64,000 nucleotides of DNA from Sarea resinae (Eukaryota): positions 310,001 through 374,000 of the forward strand of contig JAPEUD010000002.1 of assembly GCA_026026165.1 (NCBI GenBank). Reading direction: 5' to 3'. Under the pieces are notes generated by a model. That model saw only the letters and a list, made by a program, of their open reading frames with translations, had not been told where the DNA came from and did not search any database. The first letter of the stretch is position 1. Each line of letters opens with the position of its first letter. A program made the position numbers and the translations under genes. Positions 13,101 through 24,931 of this stretch are shown here, piece after piece.

Positions 13101-14180
13101 CTTGCGATCTTTGTTCAAACGGTGTCGGAAAGAGCAGCAGCGGATACGCAGCAGACGTACCTTGTTCAACAGCTTTACACCGCGATGTCGGACTGCTACG
13201 AGAGTGGCGACGCCGATCACCCTACTTTGCGGGCTTTTCTCTGCCAGGCAGTCTTCCCGGCTTACATCCAACATGGGTTCAAGACCACCAGCGGATGGAT
13301 CCTCGCGAGGCCCATCTTACGTGCGACTGAGCGCATGTTTGATTGCGTATTGCTCGATGTCGACGCAACGAATGCCTCCAACGCTGGGGCTGTTATGAGA
13401 ACTATCGCAACCCTCTTGGACACTTTTCGGGAAAGCTTTGAGCTGCTGGTCGATCATTCCGGACTGCTCGAGCAAGCCTCTGTGCTGAGTACCTTGGGGG
13501 CATCCTTTTCAGCCATCACCGCCACTCTCATTCCCCTGGACTACCTCTCCCGCACTGCCACTTATTTTTCCCGCGAAGATATATCTCTCCTCGCTGCCCA
13601 AGCCAATCAATCTCTCACCTTTGTGCGCTCTTTCGCTCTCTTCGCCCGCGCCATTCTCTCCGGGCACGAAGACGCGCTTTCGCCTTACCATAAGGAGAAC
13701 ACCGACGCCCGCACCTCTCCTGATCTTTCCCCGCCACAACATCCAGAACGGCGTGATCAAGCCCTCATCGCTTCCACACTCCGGTTTACCGCCGACGAGC
13801 TTCGCTCCTCGCTCTCAAGCAACTGGGTCCGGCACCAGGATACGTATTTCCTGCTCCGCGGACGTGTTCGGAAAGAAGTCTCTGTTGAATTAGGCACGGT
13901 GGAGGAGGAGAGAGCGAGTATTCTTTGCCGTATTGAAGCTTTCGATGAGCTTTGGGGGGGATTGCGCGATGGTGACGAGGATGATGATGATGATGATGAT
14001 GACGGTGATGGTGATGGTGATGGTGATGGTGATGGTGATGGTGATGGTGATGGTGATGGTGATGGTGATGGTGATGGTGATGGTGATGGCGATGGCGATG
14101 ATGGCAACGCGGCGAATCACGCTGGCCTTGTTCGACGTAGCAGAAGGGGTCGTCCGCCTGAAGAGGACGTCTTCGTCTGA
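7131..14180 (+). CDS. MMS22: Mus7/Mms22 family DNA-repair protein, multi-exon (introns near 7341-7436 [uncertain], 11818-11862, 12090-12142, 12290-12336, 12465-12510, 12722-12766)
   Basis: N-terminal WRDRGFVPDSDDED, RRSLRQRNPIQLHPY, IKGVLPASWLRLD, FFHESTFIG, LAHLRNEESHGSPRFLE, RLMPNHGR, LRNHHDLLCTLYW. Consecutive ORFs join through canonical introns. Confidence 0.9.
13980..14103 (+). repeat. Coding microsatellite: (GAT)n, then (GGTGAT)x14 plus 2 GGCGAT, giving a poly-D/(GD)n tail
   Basis: Perfect hexamer array at 14004-14087 within the last MMS22 exon. Confidence 0.95.
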
Positions 14181-14329
14181 TTGGTACGCATCACGTAGCT
14201 CAAACTCAAGAAAATGGCGTTTTAATGGGGGGATTTCGGGGGGAAAGGGAAACACGGATAGATGGTTATCTTTGTTTATTCTGTATTCATAGCCCACGGC
14301 TACGACTTGGCGGATTCTGATGATTCCAC

Positions 14330-14510
14330 CGGCCAGTCAGGTCAGTCAGTCAATCAGGCCAGTCAGTCAGGCCGGCCAGTCAGTCAGGCCGGCCAGTCAG
14401 TCAGTCCAGTGCCTGATGATAGATAGAATCAGCCAACCCCCAACCAAAAGTAGAAACGAACGAACAGACAGATAAACAAACAAACGAACAAACGAACGAA
14501 CGAACAAACG
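14330..14510. repeat. (CAGT)n and (AAAC/GAAC)n tetranucleotide arrays
   Basis: Visible in the sequence. Confidence 0.85.
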
Positions 14511-15538
14511 CTCAGACCCAATTTTCCTCCTTTGCGATCGTGCAGTATGTATGTTGATGATTATTACACTGGGTGGAAATTGACCGAACGTTTATCTCAC
14601 GATCGGTCAGTCAATAGACAAATTAATCTGCCTGCCTGCTTCTTTCTGTTGCTCGCTTGCTCCGTGGACATTGAGTGAGTGAGTGAGTGAGTGTTGTTTT
14701 ATTAATTTAGGAGTCTTTTAGAGAGAGAGAGAGACTACAGATATCTATCATGCTAGAGATCCTACCACTAAGATACTCTGGCTATTAGGAGGTAGAATAG
14801 CTAGAGTAGACTAGAGTAAAGTAAAGGAGACTACTAGCTAGCTAGTCAGATAGATGTATATATCAAGAGATAAAGAGATTACATCTATATATTCTTCTAC
14901 TATATATATAGGCAGTCTTGTATCTATGTCTGATACAAGACAATGACTTTTTAATCACCTTACCTTACCTTATCTTAGGCTAGATTAGGTTCGAAGTGTA
15001 CTATCAATTTATTTATAGTAAGTGTAGTGTAGTAACTAGAGTGTAGTGTTATAAGTGTAGTAGAGTGTAGATATCATCGTATCAACATAACAACTACAAT
15101 CTGTCTTAGGATTTCTTTCCTTCCTTTAAGGGGCGGCTTGCTAGCTAAGGTTTCTCTAGCCCTACCCTCTAACACCTTACGAGCGTGTTAACATAATAAT
15201 TTTAGCTAATTCGAGCAAGTCCTCCTCTTCTAATAGCCCTAATATTTCTGACTGCTTCTTCTTCTTCTTCTTCTTCTTCTCCCCGCCATACGTCTTGTGT
15301 GAGGTGAGTGGGCGGGTGTGTTAGCTGTCTCTAGCTTTTACGCAAATAGACAAGTAAATAGCTAGATACTAAGTCTCTTCCTTAACTCTTAGCCCTCTTC
15401 CTCTCCTTGCTCTTTAACAGAAGGACACAAAAAAAAGTATCTATCTCTCTATCTAAACCCCCTCTCCCTACTAGAGAGGCCCTACCAAAAACCCCGCTCC
15501 TACAAAAACCAAAAAGAAAAAACATACAAAAGAGAAAT

Positions 15539-15642
15539 TTCGGATACCGGGAATCGAACCCGGATCGTGTGAGGACACCATAATTAAGCAACGAACTGCT
15601 TGGATTGAGAGTCACACATGCTAGCCTTTACACCATATCCGA
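15539..15642 (-). tRNA. tRNA-Glu(CTC) with a 32-nt intron (15605-15574)
   Basis: Acceptor stem TCGGATA/TATCCGA, anticodon stem TGTGA/TCACA around CT-CTC-A, T arm CCGGG-TTCGATT-CCCGG, intron after position 37, T-rich terminator downstream. Confidence 0.95.
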
Positions 15643-16244
15643 TTTCATGCAAGAAGAGTAGTTAACATGTTATGTATACCAGCTGGATAGATAGAGAGAT
15701 GACTTGGTACTGTAGGTGAGGTAGGATGATAATGTGGGGTGGGTAAGCATGAGCTCTATGTAGCTGCAATGTCACTTTCGTATGCCAGTACAGTACAGAG
15801 TAGATATACCTCTGTCATTCGCGTCCATCCATCCATCCATCTAGCCGCCTACTCTACCTCTTACCTCTTACCTCTTACCGTACTCGTATGCCTACTAACC
15901 TAAGGTACCTACCTTACTCGAGTATGGGCAGTATTATAAAAAAATAGATCTAACCAAATTCGCTCGGCATGGATCGCCGAGATGCAGAGATGAAGAAAAT
16001 AATAATGATAATGAGAAAAATGATAATATATCAAGTAAAGCGCACGCGGTGGGAGGATGAAATATTATGGCTTATAGCATGTCTTGTCTGAGTTGAGTAC
16101 TATGTATGTAGGGTAGCAGACCAAGTACCTAGGTAGATTTACCTGAGTGGGGTACTCTATTATCGATCGAGAGATAAGGTTAGAGGTATCAACAGTCTAC
16201 TGTATTTAATCATATTGTAAGGTCTGATGCTGGGTTATTTTCGC

Positions 16245-16325
16245 ATTGATTGATTGACTGACTAACTGCTTGGTTGATTGACTGCTTGGTTGATTGACTG
16301 CTTGATTGATTGATTGATTGCTTGC
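16245..16325. repeat. (ATTG/ACTG)n tetranucleotide array
   Basis: Visible in the sequence. Confidence 0.8.
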
Positions 16326-16512
16326 TTTAATCACCCAGGATCAACCGAAACCGATCGTATAATAAACAGAAACAAAGCCAAGACACCGCCTTTCCACCCT
16401 TTTACCCGCAGACAGACGCTATCGTGTATCGTGTTTCGTGTATCGTTCGTAGCATACAAGGGAAAAGCCAGAGCGAAGTAAAGCAAACCAAACCAAGAGA
16501 AGAGATTGAAGA

Positions 16513-18597
16513 CTACATGGTATCCATGCGCGACAGGCTCTTGCCACTGACCACCCTCTCCAACTCCTCGAGGTCCTCACCCTTGGGCTCCTCCCTGACC
16601 TGCATGGAGCCGCGCCGGAAGCTGCCCCTGCGATTGCGCTCACGCTCCGGGCTGCGCTCCCTCTCCTCTTCCTGCTCCTCCTTCTCGATCATCTTCAGCG
16701 TCTCTTCCTCGCGCACGACCTCCTCGACCTCGACGTCCTCGAACCCAATCTCGCGCAGGATGCTGCCTACCAGCCAGCGGTACCGCAGATGGCCGCTGAC
16801 GAGTTTGCTGACGTCGACGTTCTGCACCCCGGCCACGCCCGCCGCCGGCTGCAGACCCGCGACCCCATACTGTATGCTGCTGGTCCGGTACAGAAATCCA
16901 AGGATGTAGTCGTTCTCCGAGTAGACGTTGACGACGCGTCCGGCGACGACGGACCGCATGACGCGCCAGTCGGCCGACGCCGAAGGGGCGGGTGCACCGA
17001 TGAGGACGACCGACTCGATGAGCCCGAACGCCTTACGGTCCGCGAGGCTCATGAGACAGGAGTAGATGAGCCGGGCGCCGAGCGAGTAGCCGACGAGCGT
17101 GACGGGGCGCTCGCCCTGGGCCTTGTTGATGAGGGCATCGGCGAGCACCTCGCCTGCCTTCTCGCTGCGGGACTTGGCGACGCTGAAGGGGTTGTCAACG
17201 ATGCGGGAGACTTTGAGGAGGCCGATGGGCCAGAGCGCCGCCGTCAAACTGGCGAAGATGGTGCGTTTGATGATTTCGCTCTTGGCGTACGACCAGGCCG
17301 CGCTCTTGACCATGGTCGTGATGGAGCCGCCGAGCGCCATCAGCGCCTCGAGTTCCCAGCGCAGCGCGAAGATCTCGACGTTCTTGCCCAGGACGCGCCA
17401 GGGCTGAACGACCTCTTCTTTCTCGGTGAGCCAGCCGCTGATGCCGATGGCGACGCGGAGACGGCGGTCCTGCACCTCGTCGGTGGCGTGCGATTGCCAT
17501 GGCTTCTTGGACTTGGTGCGTACAGGTATAAAAGCGAAGTCGGACACTTCTTTGGCGTAGCTGTCCATCATCTGGCCCGTCATTCTCGCGCCGTACGCGC
17601 CGAATAGACTGCCTACGAGGACGCCGCTGCCGGCGAGGGTGCCGAGGTAGCCCGCTGCGGCTGTGGCGCCCAGTCCGATGCCTCCCATGACGCCACCGAT
17701 GCCAGCAGCAACCAGAGGTGCGGCCAGGCCTCCCGTAACCCCGATGATTGCGGCGCCGGCCACGGAAGCCAAGCCAACTTTCCACCGTCTCGCCGCCTTG
17801 TTGCCCTCGGCCTTCTTCTGAGTTTCTTCATCGCCACTCATTTGCTTGGCTGCTTTGAGCAGGCCCTGGGCAACCTTGGTTTCGTCGTCCGCGAGGATTT
17901 TGACATCCAAACGCAGACTGCTGGTCAGATAGAGGAGTAGAATTCTCGAATGCGCAATATAGTGCTCCAGACTGAGAATTAGCAATAACATCGAGTGAAG
18001 AATTAGCATCCTTTGCTCCTCCTCGAGTTTCGACAACGGCGTATCAATGGGCGGGTACAGCTCATGCAAGGCCGTAGTCACACTCGCGTCTTCATTGTTG
18101 TTATCCCTGTTGAGTCTCTTGTTCGACTGCTTCGATTTCGGAGTGTCCTTGACATCCTTCTTCTGGCCCACAGCCTCGTCTCTCGAATTGACCACCTCTC
18201 CCACCCTTTGTAGCACGCTGTCTCTCCAATCGTCGAAAAAGGTCAACGCAGCCGTCTTCAGCTCTTTCATCTTCGGGGCCGACAACTCTTTCTCGCGGCG
18301 CTCTTTGAGTTTCCGCTCCTCATCCTCGGCAGCGGGATCAGCGGTCGACGGATCAACATTGGGATTCCGTATCTTATCATCCTCGGTGGTGAGCTCAGTG
18401 ACAAGATCAGATGATTTGCCGCTTTCTGAGGAGAATGTTGAGAGGATGCTAGAGCGCATAGATTCGGTCGCGCTGGCAATGAGCAGAGTAAGGTCTGAGC
18501 GTTGAGAGGTCGAGAGGATAGTCGTCAGCGATGGCTCTTCCTTGGGTTCGGAGTCCTTTTCTTCCTTGTGGGAAGACCATGGCGCTTGTTTGAACAT
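16513..18597 (-). CDS. DUF726 / TMCO4 (Mil1-like) alpha/beta-hydrolase-fold membrane protein
   Basis: KVGLASVAGAAIIGVTGGLAAP, ISGWL, FALRWE, IVDNPFSVA, GERPVTLVGYSLGARLI, NVYSENDYILGFLYR. Single-exon 694-aa ORF. Confidence 0.92.
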   Translation of the reverse strand: MFKQAPWSSHKEEKDSEPKEEPSLTTILSTSQRSDLTLLIASATESMRSSILSTFSSESGKSSDLVTELTTEDDKIRNPNVDPSTADPAAEDEERKLKERREKELSAPKMKELKTAALTFFDDWRDSVLQRVGEVVNSRDEAVGQKKDVKDTPKSKQSNKRLNRDNNNEDASVTTALHELYPPIDTPLSKLEEEQRMLILHSMLLLILSLEHYIAHSRILLLYLTSSLRLDVKILADDETKVAQGLLKAAKQMSGDEETQKKAEGNKAARRWKVGLASVAGAAIIGVTGGLAAPLVAAGIGGVMGGIGLGATAAAGYLGTLAGSGVLVGSLFGAYGARMTGQMMDSYAKEVSDFAFIPVRTKSKKPWQSHATDEVQDRRLRVAIGISGWLTEKEEVVQPWRVLGKNVEIFALRWELEALMALGGSITTMVKSAAWSYAKSEIIKRTIFASLTAALWPIGLLKVSRIVDNPFSVAKSRSEKAGEVLADALINKAQGERPVTLVGYSLGARLIYSCLMSLADRKAFGLIESVVLIGAPAPSASADWRVMRSVVAGRVVNVYSENDYILGFLYRTSSIQYGVAGLQPAAGVAGVQNVDVSKLVSGHLRYRWLVGSILREIGFEDVEVEEVVREEETLKMIEKEEQEEERERSPERERNRRGSFRRGSMQVREEPKGEDLEELERVVSGKSLSRMDTM

Positions 18598-19658
18598 TAT
18601 GAGGTCGATTGAGAGGGAGCCCGAGACGGTCGCGGCCTTCGTGCCTTATAGCATCAAAAGTACTCGAGCTGGATGGTCCGTCTTTACTCGGTCTACCCGT
18701 CGACTCGCAGTAGTTGATAAGGATTGAACGTGTTGCGTTATCGTGGATTCATGGCGCTGTATTTGTTGTTGATGGTTGATGGGGAGGGATAGGGAGGGCA
18801 TAGCCATGGCATGTGCTGCTCCCTTGCGTGGTAGTACTTTGTACGACGGGACGTACGACTTACTCATGACGTCGGTTGGGGACCCGCGACCGTCGCATTC
18901 CAAACAAACCAAACACTGGAAAGTCAAGATTCGATACCTACGGTACCTACCTCCTTGTTCACTCCATGGATGTCGTACGTATATCATGCGCGATATCGCC
19001 TCAATAGGGCCTCAAGAGGATTATCCTCAGTGGTCTAATACAGGCATCTGTATTTACTACGTAGAGTGCTATCCTACTCAAGGACTGAGAGCGGTGCCAG
19101 CCAGGACAAGCAGACTCCTCTTACATCGGACCTTTCTAATGCGAACGCGTGGATGCTTCGATGAGGCCATTTCCGCGAAGAGAGCAGAAAGTCTGGGTAT
19201 ATGTGAGGGATGGCCGAGAACGCTGTATCCGACGACCGATCTCACTGGCGACGCATTCTGTGGATGATCCTCGAGACGAGCGCTGGTTGATCTTCCCCAT
19301 CCCTTAAACCCGTCAAGACAGTTGGGAACCAGTTCATGCGCAGTCCAATTTCTCAGGATTGATGCCACGTCCGATGCGCTGTAAACAATGAAAACTGCGG
19401 GTAGTGCCAGTAATTTATCTGTGATAATCCCGGCGTCCGTTGGAAGGTAAGATGGATGTCGGAATAGAGCATTGATATCCGATTCCGTCGTCAGTGACAC
19501 ATAGACGCGCGAGATCCTACACGCAGAGTTGAAAGCGGATCGGCGGAGCTATCGGGCTGCCGCGATTTTGCTCATAGGAGGACCTGTCTTCCTGACCATA
19601 TTGCAGGAGTGACCATCTCTCAACCATCTCCGTTGCTCGTTCATACGAAATGAAAAGG

Positions 19659-20213
19659 CTACTCCTGACCGCTTTCAACGATGAAATATTTCCCCACTCT
19701 CCTCGAGGTGTGACCCAGAACATCCCAATTCTCCGCCTCATTGGCATCAATCTTCGACTTTCTCCTCCGAATACGTCCCGTCCGCCCCGTTCTTTCTTCC
19801 TTTGCCAGAGCTTCCTTCAGGCTCTCCAATGAAATCTCCGCCTCTTTCTCCGCCTCCAATGTCTCATCCCTAATACTCTGTAGTGGTTCGACGCCTTCAG
19901 TATCGACCGACTGTATCTCCTTCACAAAGTGCAGCTGAGAGCGTAGCGTGCTGAGCATTTTCTCCTCTTCCTCGGGGGTTTCGGGAGGCGGCAGGGCAGA
20001 CAGACGGAGAAGATGATTCAATTGCTTCGAACTAATCTCCGGAGTGGTGGTATCGGACTTTGGCACGAGGGAGCGGACGGACCACGTAGGCTTCTGGAGG
20101 AGAGCAGATATGTCGGCTGCGGAAGAATAATTGCGCAAAGAGCAAGTATCGACCGGCGGTGCTATTATGCCAGACTGCAAGAGAGCCGGTCTCAGTATCC
20201 GTATTACGCTCAT
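19659..20213 (-). CDS. Mitochondrial glutamyl-tRNA(Gln) amidotransferase small subunit (GatC/GatF/Gta3-like)
   Basis: Presequence-like N-terminus, PTWSVRSL, LNHLLRLSALP, QLHFVKEIQSVDTEGVEPL, C-terminal GKYFIV. Confidence 0.75.
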   Translation of the reverse strand: MSVIRILRPALLQSGIIAPPVDTCSLRNYSSAADISALLQKPTWSVRSLVPKSDTTTPEISSKQLNHLLRLSALPPPETPEEEEKMLSTLRSQLHFVKEIQSVDTEGVEPLQSIRDETLEAEKEAEISLESLKEALAKEERTGRTGRIRRRKSKIDANEAENWDVLGHTSRRVGKYFIVESGQE

Positions 20214-20526
20214 CTCTGCAACTTCGATGAGCTCCGATGTCCAGGATGTCCGGGAATGGAACAACAGCAACATTGGCCGCGATTTCACCCAAGCAGCCCG
20301 AGGGAGAATTGTAGAGGTCCAGAAAGGGTAATCTAAGCGAGGAGTCTGTGAGCGCCTACATAGTACCTTAGGTAACTTACCTTACGCAGCGCCAGTCAAC
20401 AGCGCATGACAGCATAACATTTATCGGTCCGAAATACCAGTCTTACCTAGAGCACGAGATCATCAGCGCTGTCGCAACTACGAAGCGTTTCCCATCTGTT
20501 TTACGATAGAAGTCGCATTCGCAACT

Positions 20527-21631
20527 ATGGCTCAAGATCCTCGGGCATTGTTACAGAAGGTTGGCTCTACCCCTCTACCCCTCCACCCCACCATCTTGGA
20601 TGAAGAGCCCGCGAAAGCTCATGCTCAGTAGGCCGACAAAGCTTTGTCCGGCGCAGGAAGTGGGTTTAGTCTGTTCGGTGGTCGAACGGAGAAGTATGAA
20701 GCTGCTGCAGATCTCTATACCCAAGCGGCCAACGCCTTTCGACTGCAGAAGCAAGGTATGCTGGAGATCCGCGCTCGAGACCTTCGGTGGAAATAACCTC
20801 GATTCTGATGCGTAATAGGCAAGGAAGCTGGTGTGGCATTTGAGCGTGCGGCCAGCGTCCAGACCAAGAATCTGAACGAACCTGACGATGCAGCAAATAG
20901 CCTGACGGAAGCTTTCAAGGCTTATCGAAAGACGGATCCAGAGGATGCAGCAAGAGTACTTGACCAGGCCATCAACCATTACACCATGAAGGGAAACTTC
21001 AGGAGGGCAGCCACCCACAAGCAAAATCTGGCAGAGGTGTTCGAAGTCGAGATTGGAGATCAGAAAAGAGCAATAGAGGCATACGACACGGCTGCGGGAT
21101 GGTTCGAGAGCGACAACGCCGAAGCGTAGGTGCCACCAGTACACTCAAGTACAATGACTGACATCAGCAGCCTTGCCAACAAGGCATACCTGAAAGTCGC
21201 CGATTTGGCAGCTCTGGAAGGTGACTACTACAAGTCCATCGAGAACTACGAGAAAGTGGCGAAATCGTCCATTGGAAACAATCTCATGAAATGGTCGGTT
21301 AAGGATTATTTCCTCAAGGCTGGAATATGCCATCTTGCTACTAATGTAAGTCCCTGCGTTTGATCCACAGTAAAGTTTCTGACAGTGGCAGGACTTGGTT
21401 GCCGCGAACCGAGCACTCGAGAGCTATCGTGACTTGGATCCGACATTCCCATCGACAAGGGAACATCAGCTTCTGGTCGATCTCACCGAGTCGGTCGAAC
21501 AGGGCGATCAAGAGGCGTTTGCCGACAAACTGTTCCAGTATGACCAGCTGAGCAAATTAGATAAGTGGAAGACTACTCTCCTTCTGAGGGTAAAGAACAG
21601 CATTGAGGAGAAGGGCGAGGACTTTTCTTGA
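20527..21631 (+). CDS. SEC17: Alpha-SNAP vesicle fusion protein, 5 exons
   Basis: MAQDPRALLQK|ADKA...EKYEAAADLYTQAANAF, GNFRRAATHKQNLAEVFE, KWSVKDYFLKAGIC, KLDKWKTTLLLRVK. Four GT-AG introns. Confidence 0.96.
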
Positions 21632-23724
21632 TTGATTAATTCGGCGTTGTTTTCCCATAGTAATGAGCAATTACCATTGATATACTTCAAAGAAAGAGCC
21701 GCACATGCTTGGTGCCACATCGACTATGAGGGTTTTTGGAATAAGAAATCGGCGGTCCAAGGAAAGCGATTGCAAGCGCGAGGCCGATACGAGTGATCGT
21801 GGCCTATCAGACCTCTGTTCTCTGAATCAATGCCATTAATCCTGCGGCGATCTAGTGCCTTCTGGAAGCGTTCAATTAAGTCAAGTTGGCTTTGATCAGC
21901 GCCAAGGTCTCTGATGATGTTACGGAGTACAGCCACGGGTGCCAGCAGGGACTTATCCGTCGCATCGGTTCCAAGAGGCCAAGGCCCGCCGATCCACATG
22001 GCCAACAGCACACATGGCGGCATCTCGAGTCGTCATTAGCTAGACAGCTATGGCCAAGAGCAGGTACCTCACTTGGCGCTACATCTGTCGGGTAGAGAGG
22101 CTGGTCAGGCTGATACCGTGTCTGGCACCTTCAATTTACCGACACGGCTCTTGTTCGCAGCGCGAGTGGAATGAGTGAGCTGGAGAGAATAGAGCGAGAG
22201 AGACAGAGAGGGCATGAGTTCTTTTCTCTGGCCACCATGGACATCTTGGTGATGGCCCCTGCCCACGCGTTCGCACCACCATCAAGTCGAGCTTCATGCA
22301 ATGCACATGCATTCATGGCTGCGATTATCTCATTCTGGGTAGCACGTGGCTGGGGGCAAGAATACAACCCGTTCCAAATTGGCGGATGCGACTAGAGAAT
22401 TGAGGCCCCGGGTGTTCTCCAAAGGTCTGGCTGGCTTTCTGTAACGTAAGTCCCGAACAAACACCGCAGGCGTGGGGGCAGAGGCGAAGTCAAGTAATCC
22501 GTCCATCCACTGCTGCTAGGGTACCTTACTCAGAGCACTGGTACTGATGGTTTCCAGTCTTCGATGCTGACAGTCAGAAAGGCTCCGAATTGGCTTTCCT
22601 TGACCACGTTGAACCCTTACCACACATGCGAGCACGTTGCTCGCTTTGCACCAAGACGAAAGCGTGCGGGGGGACGTCTGGTGGATTATTAGGGAGCAAT
22701 ACGAACAATCACCTACCTAGCCCGGTCCACGCCACCACTCACTTACTTGCCCTTCTCATCATACTACCACGTACCGTGCATTCCGTCCAGAACAATCTCC
22801 GCGCCACCGCCCATGTACAGGACCGTCCAAGGTTGTACCTTCGTGCGCTCATGCCTGATCCATTGACGCCTTTGACGCCTTTGGTACGAAGAGAGCGCAT
22901 GCGAGGTAGGATGTAGGTCACCACGGAATCCCGGCGGTTTCATAAATTACCACGTCTACCGTCGTAGTCGGAGTAGCCTCGTCGAAGACGACGGTCGACT
23001 AATCTCTTGCTGATCGATCGGGCATATCGAGCACGGACAGGACATGAAGAATAGGTAGGTGGCTCGGTGATGGTGTAGAAATTCACCCCCTCGACCCCTC
23101 TCGTCCTCCCTTGCGGAGCCTCGAGCGGGCGACGATCCTCGTGCTGATTGATTCTTGCGTGCGTTGCTCTGGGATTTGTTCTGGGATTAGTCGTAGTCCG
23201 TAGTCCGTAGTTTCTTGGATCTCTCGATTGTTGATAGTCGCACTGTCTAATTTAGTCGGGCCGGGGTCTTCAAGGCTTCCCGGGCCTGTCAGCGCACTAC
23301 CGCAGTAGAGCAGGACGCGGCACAACCGTCAAGTCAGCCAATGCGCGCCGAAACATGTCGGCTGGCTGCTGGCTCATGGCGAACCGTTCATGCACGTTTC
23401 TCCAACCTCGCCCATGATTGGCAACTTGGCCACTCCATCGCTCTCGCGCTGCAGTGCCCGACAGAGCGCTCGCAGCGACACATGCAGTGGCTCTGCTCCT
23501 CGAGAGGCCACGGTCGTCGACCGTGGGCGTAAATAATATAATGGCGAAAAGGGCAATAAATCATGATGATGATGATGCTAGTGGGGAAGAGAGCTGATAT
23601 CGTTATTGTTATCGTCGTCATTCTGCACATGCCATCCAACGTTGTCGCAGTCGTCTTTGCTCGATAGTCGTTCTCATTCATTCTTGATGGGCCTTCCCTT
23701 CGAGTCTCGCCCAAACACCAAACT

Positions 23725-24931
23725 ATGAGCTTTGGCTCGTCAACAACGTCTGATTCGGTCTTCTCTTCCAATGCGTCCGAGTCTTCCTCCAAGAGTAGTC
23801 TACGATCCATCAGTCAAGGCTCCGATATAGCAGAACACTTCTTTGCGGGGCCGCGCGCCAGCTTGGATCGTTATTCCAGTGGCACCCCGAGTGTATATAA
23901 TGGCAGTGCCAGCGGCAGCGTTTTCAATGGATTTCCATCCCCAGTCTCCAGCAACTGCTCGACTTTGACACTGAACCCATCCGTTACCCTGTAAGTTTAA
24001 TGCTTTTGCTTTCGCTCTTCTCACCCCGCTCATCCCGCTCTCTGCAGATCGTTCTACCGATCAAATAAACATTTCCGTTTGCGATATGCACGAATCGATG
24101 TTTGTAAGGATGCCATGGGCAACCTGGAGAGCATCCAACTGAGCGAAGCCAGTGGTTTTCATATGCACACAGTCCACAAATGTGAGTTCAACAATTTCTC
24201 ATACTCGCTCTAGGCATTTCTAAATAATCTCAGTTCCTAATACGAAACGGCCTGTTCCGCACGTCGAGCAACCCGTGACGGCAACTAAGGACACCACATA
24301 CTCGGTGTCTTTCTTGGGACCTCAGACCATCACGGCTGCTCAGACCTCATTCGACGCGCAACCCCATTATACGTTCGAGAGCCGCAGTGGTAAGTTGATC
24401 TCACAGAATACCATGGCTGTTCGCTGACCAGATAGACTTCGAACGCTTTCAAGAGACTGTCTTCGATCAGCAGCTATTATTCATCGCTGGTGTTTCCGAG
24501 ATCAAATCGAAAGGCCGTGGTGAAGAGTGCATCAGCCAGAATTTACGATTACTGCGGGCCAAAAACGGGCGCCAGACGTTGTTGTATTTCGCCAACTCCC
24601 AAAAGAAGGAGAAAAAGCGTTATGTTTCTTTACCACGTAAGTCTGCTTTCCTGCGCCGACGGAGAGGTAACGTCGCTGACCGCTGCCGGTACAGTGGATT
24701 CTATCGATCGAATGAACCAAGCACCAAAACCTGGCAAGCCTGCCACTCTACGTCTGAGACCGAATACGGATCAGTTGACGCAACTGAAGACCGTCTATAT
24801 AACGTTCCTGGATGATATTGGTGAGTCTAACTGGTTTCCCCCCATCTTTCAAAACGCTGACATACATGTCATCAATAGACCAGAAAACATTTTGGGCGTT
24901 ACTTTGCGCCGGCGTTGGATCAGCATCCTAG
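23725..24931 (+). CDS. Six-exon hypothetical protein (exons ~23725-23990, 24048-24181, 24234-24389, 24437-24636, 24696-24820, 24879-24931)
   Basis: Five GTAAGT/GTGAGT donors with YAG acceptors join, all in phase, into one stop-free frame ending at TAG 24931. Confidence 0.82.

Noticed and set aside
14330..14510. Repeat arrays as CRISPR-like structures
   Set aside because: Simple tetranucleotide microsatellites with no spacers, in a eukaryotic context.
16424..17785. Long antisense and alternative-frame ORFs over the DUF726 gene (similar ones over MGS1, TSR1 and IDH)
   Set aside because: Shadow ORFs caused by high GC3.
21700..23700. Short ORFs between SEC17 and the six-exon gene
   Set aside because: They look random, with no coherent gene model.
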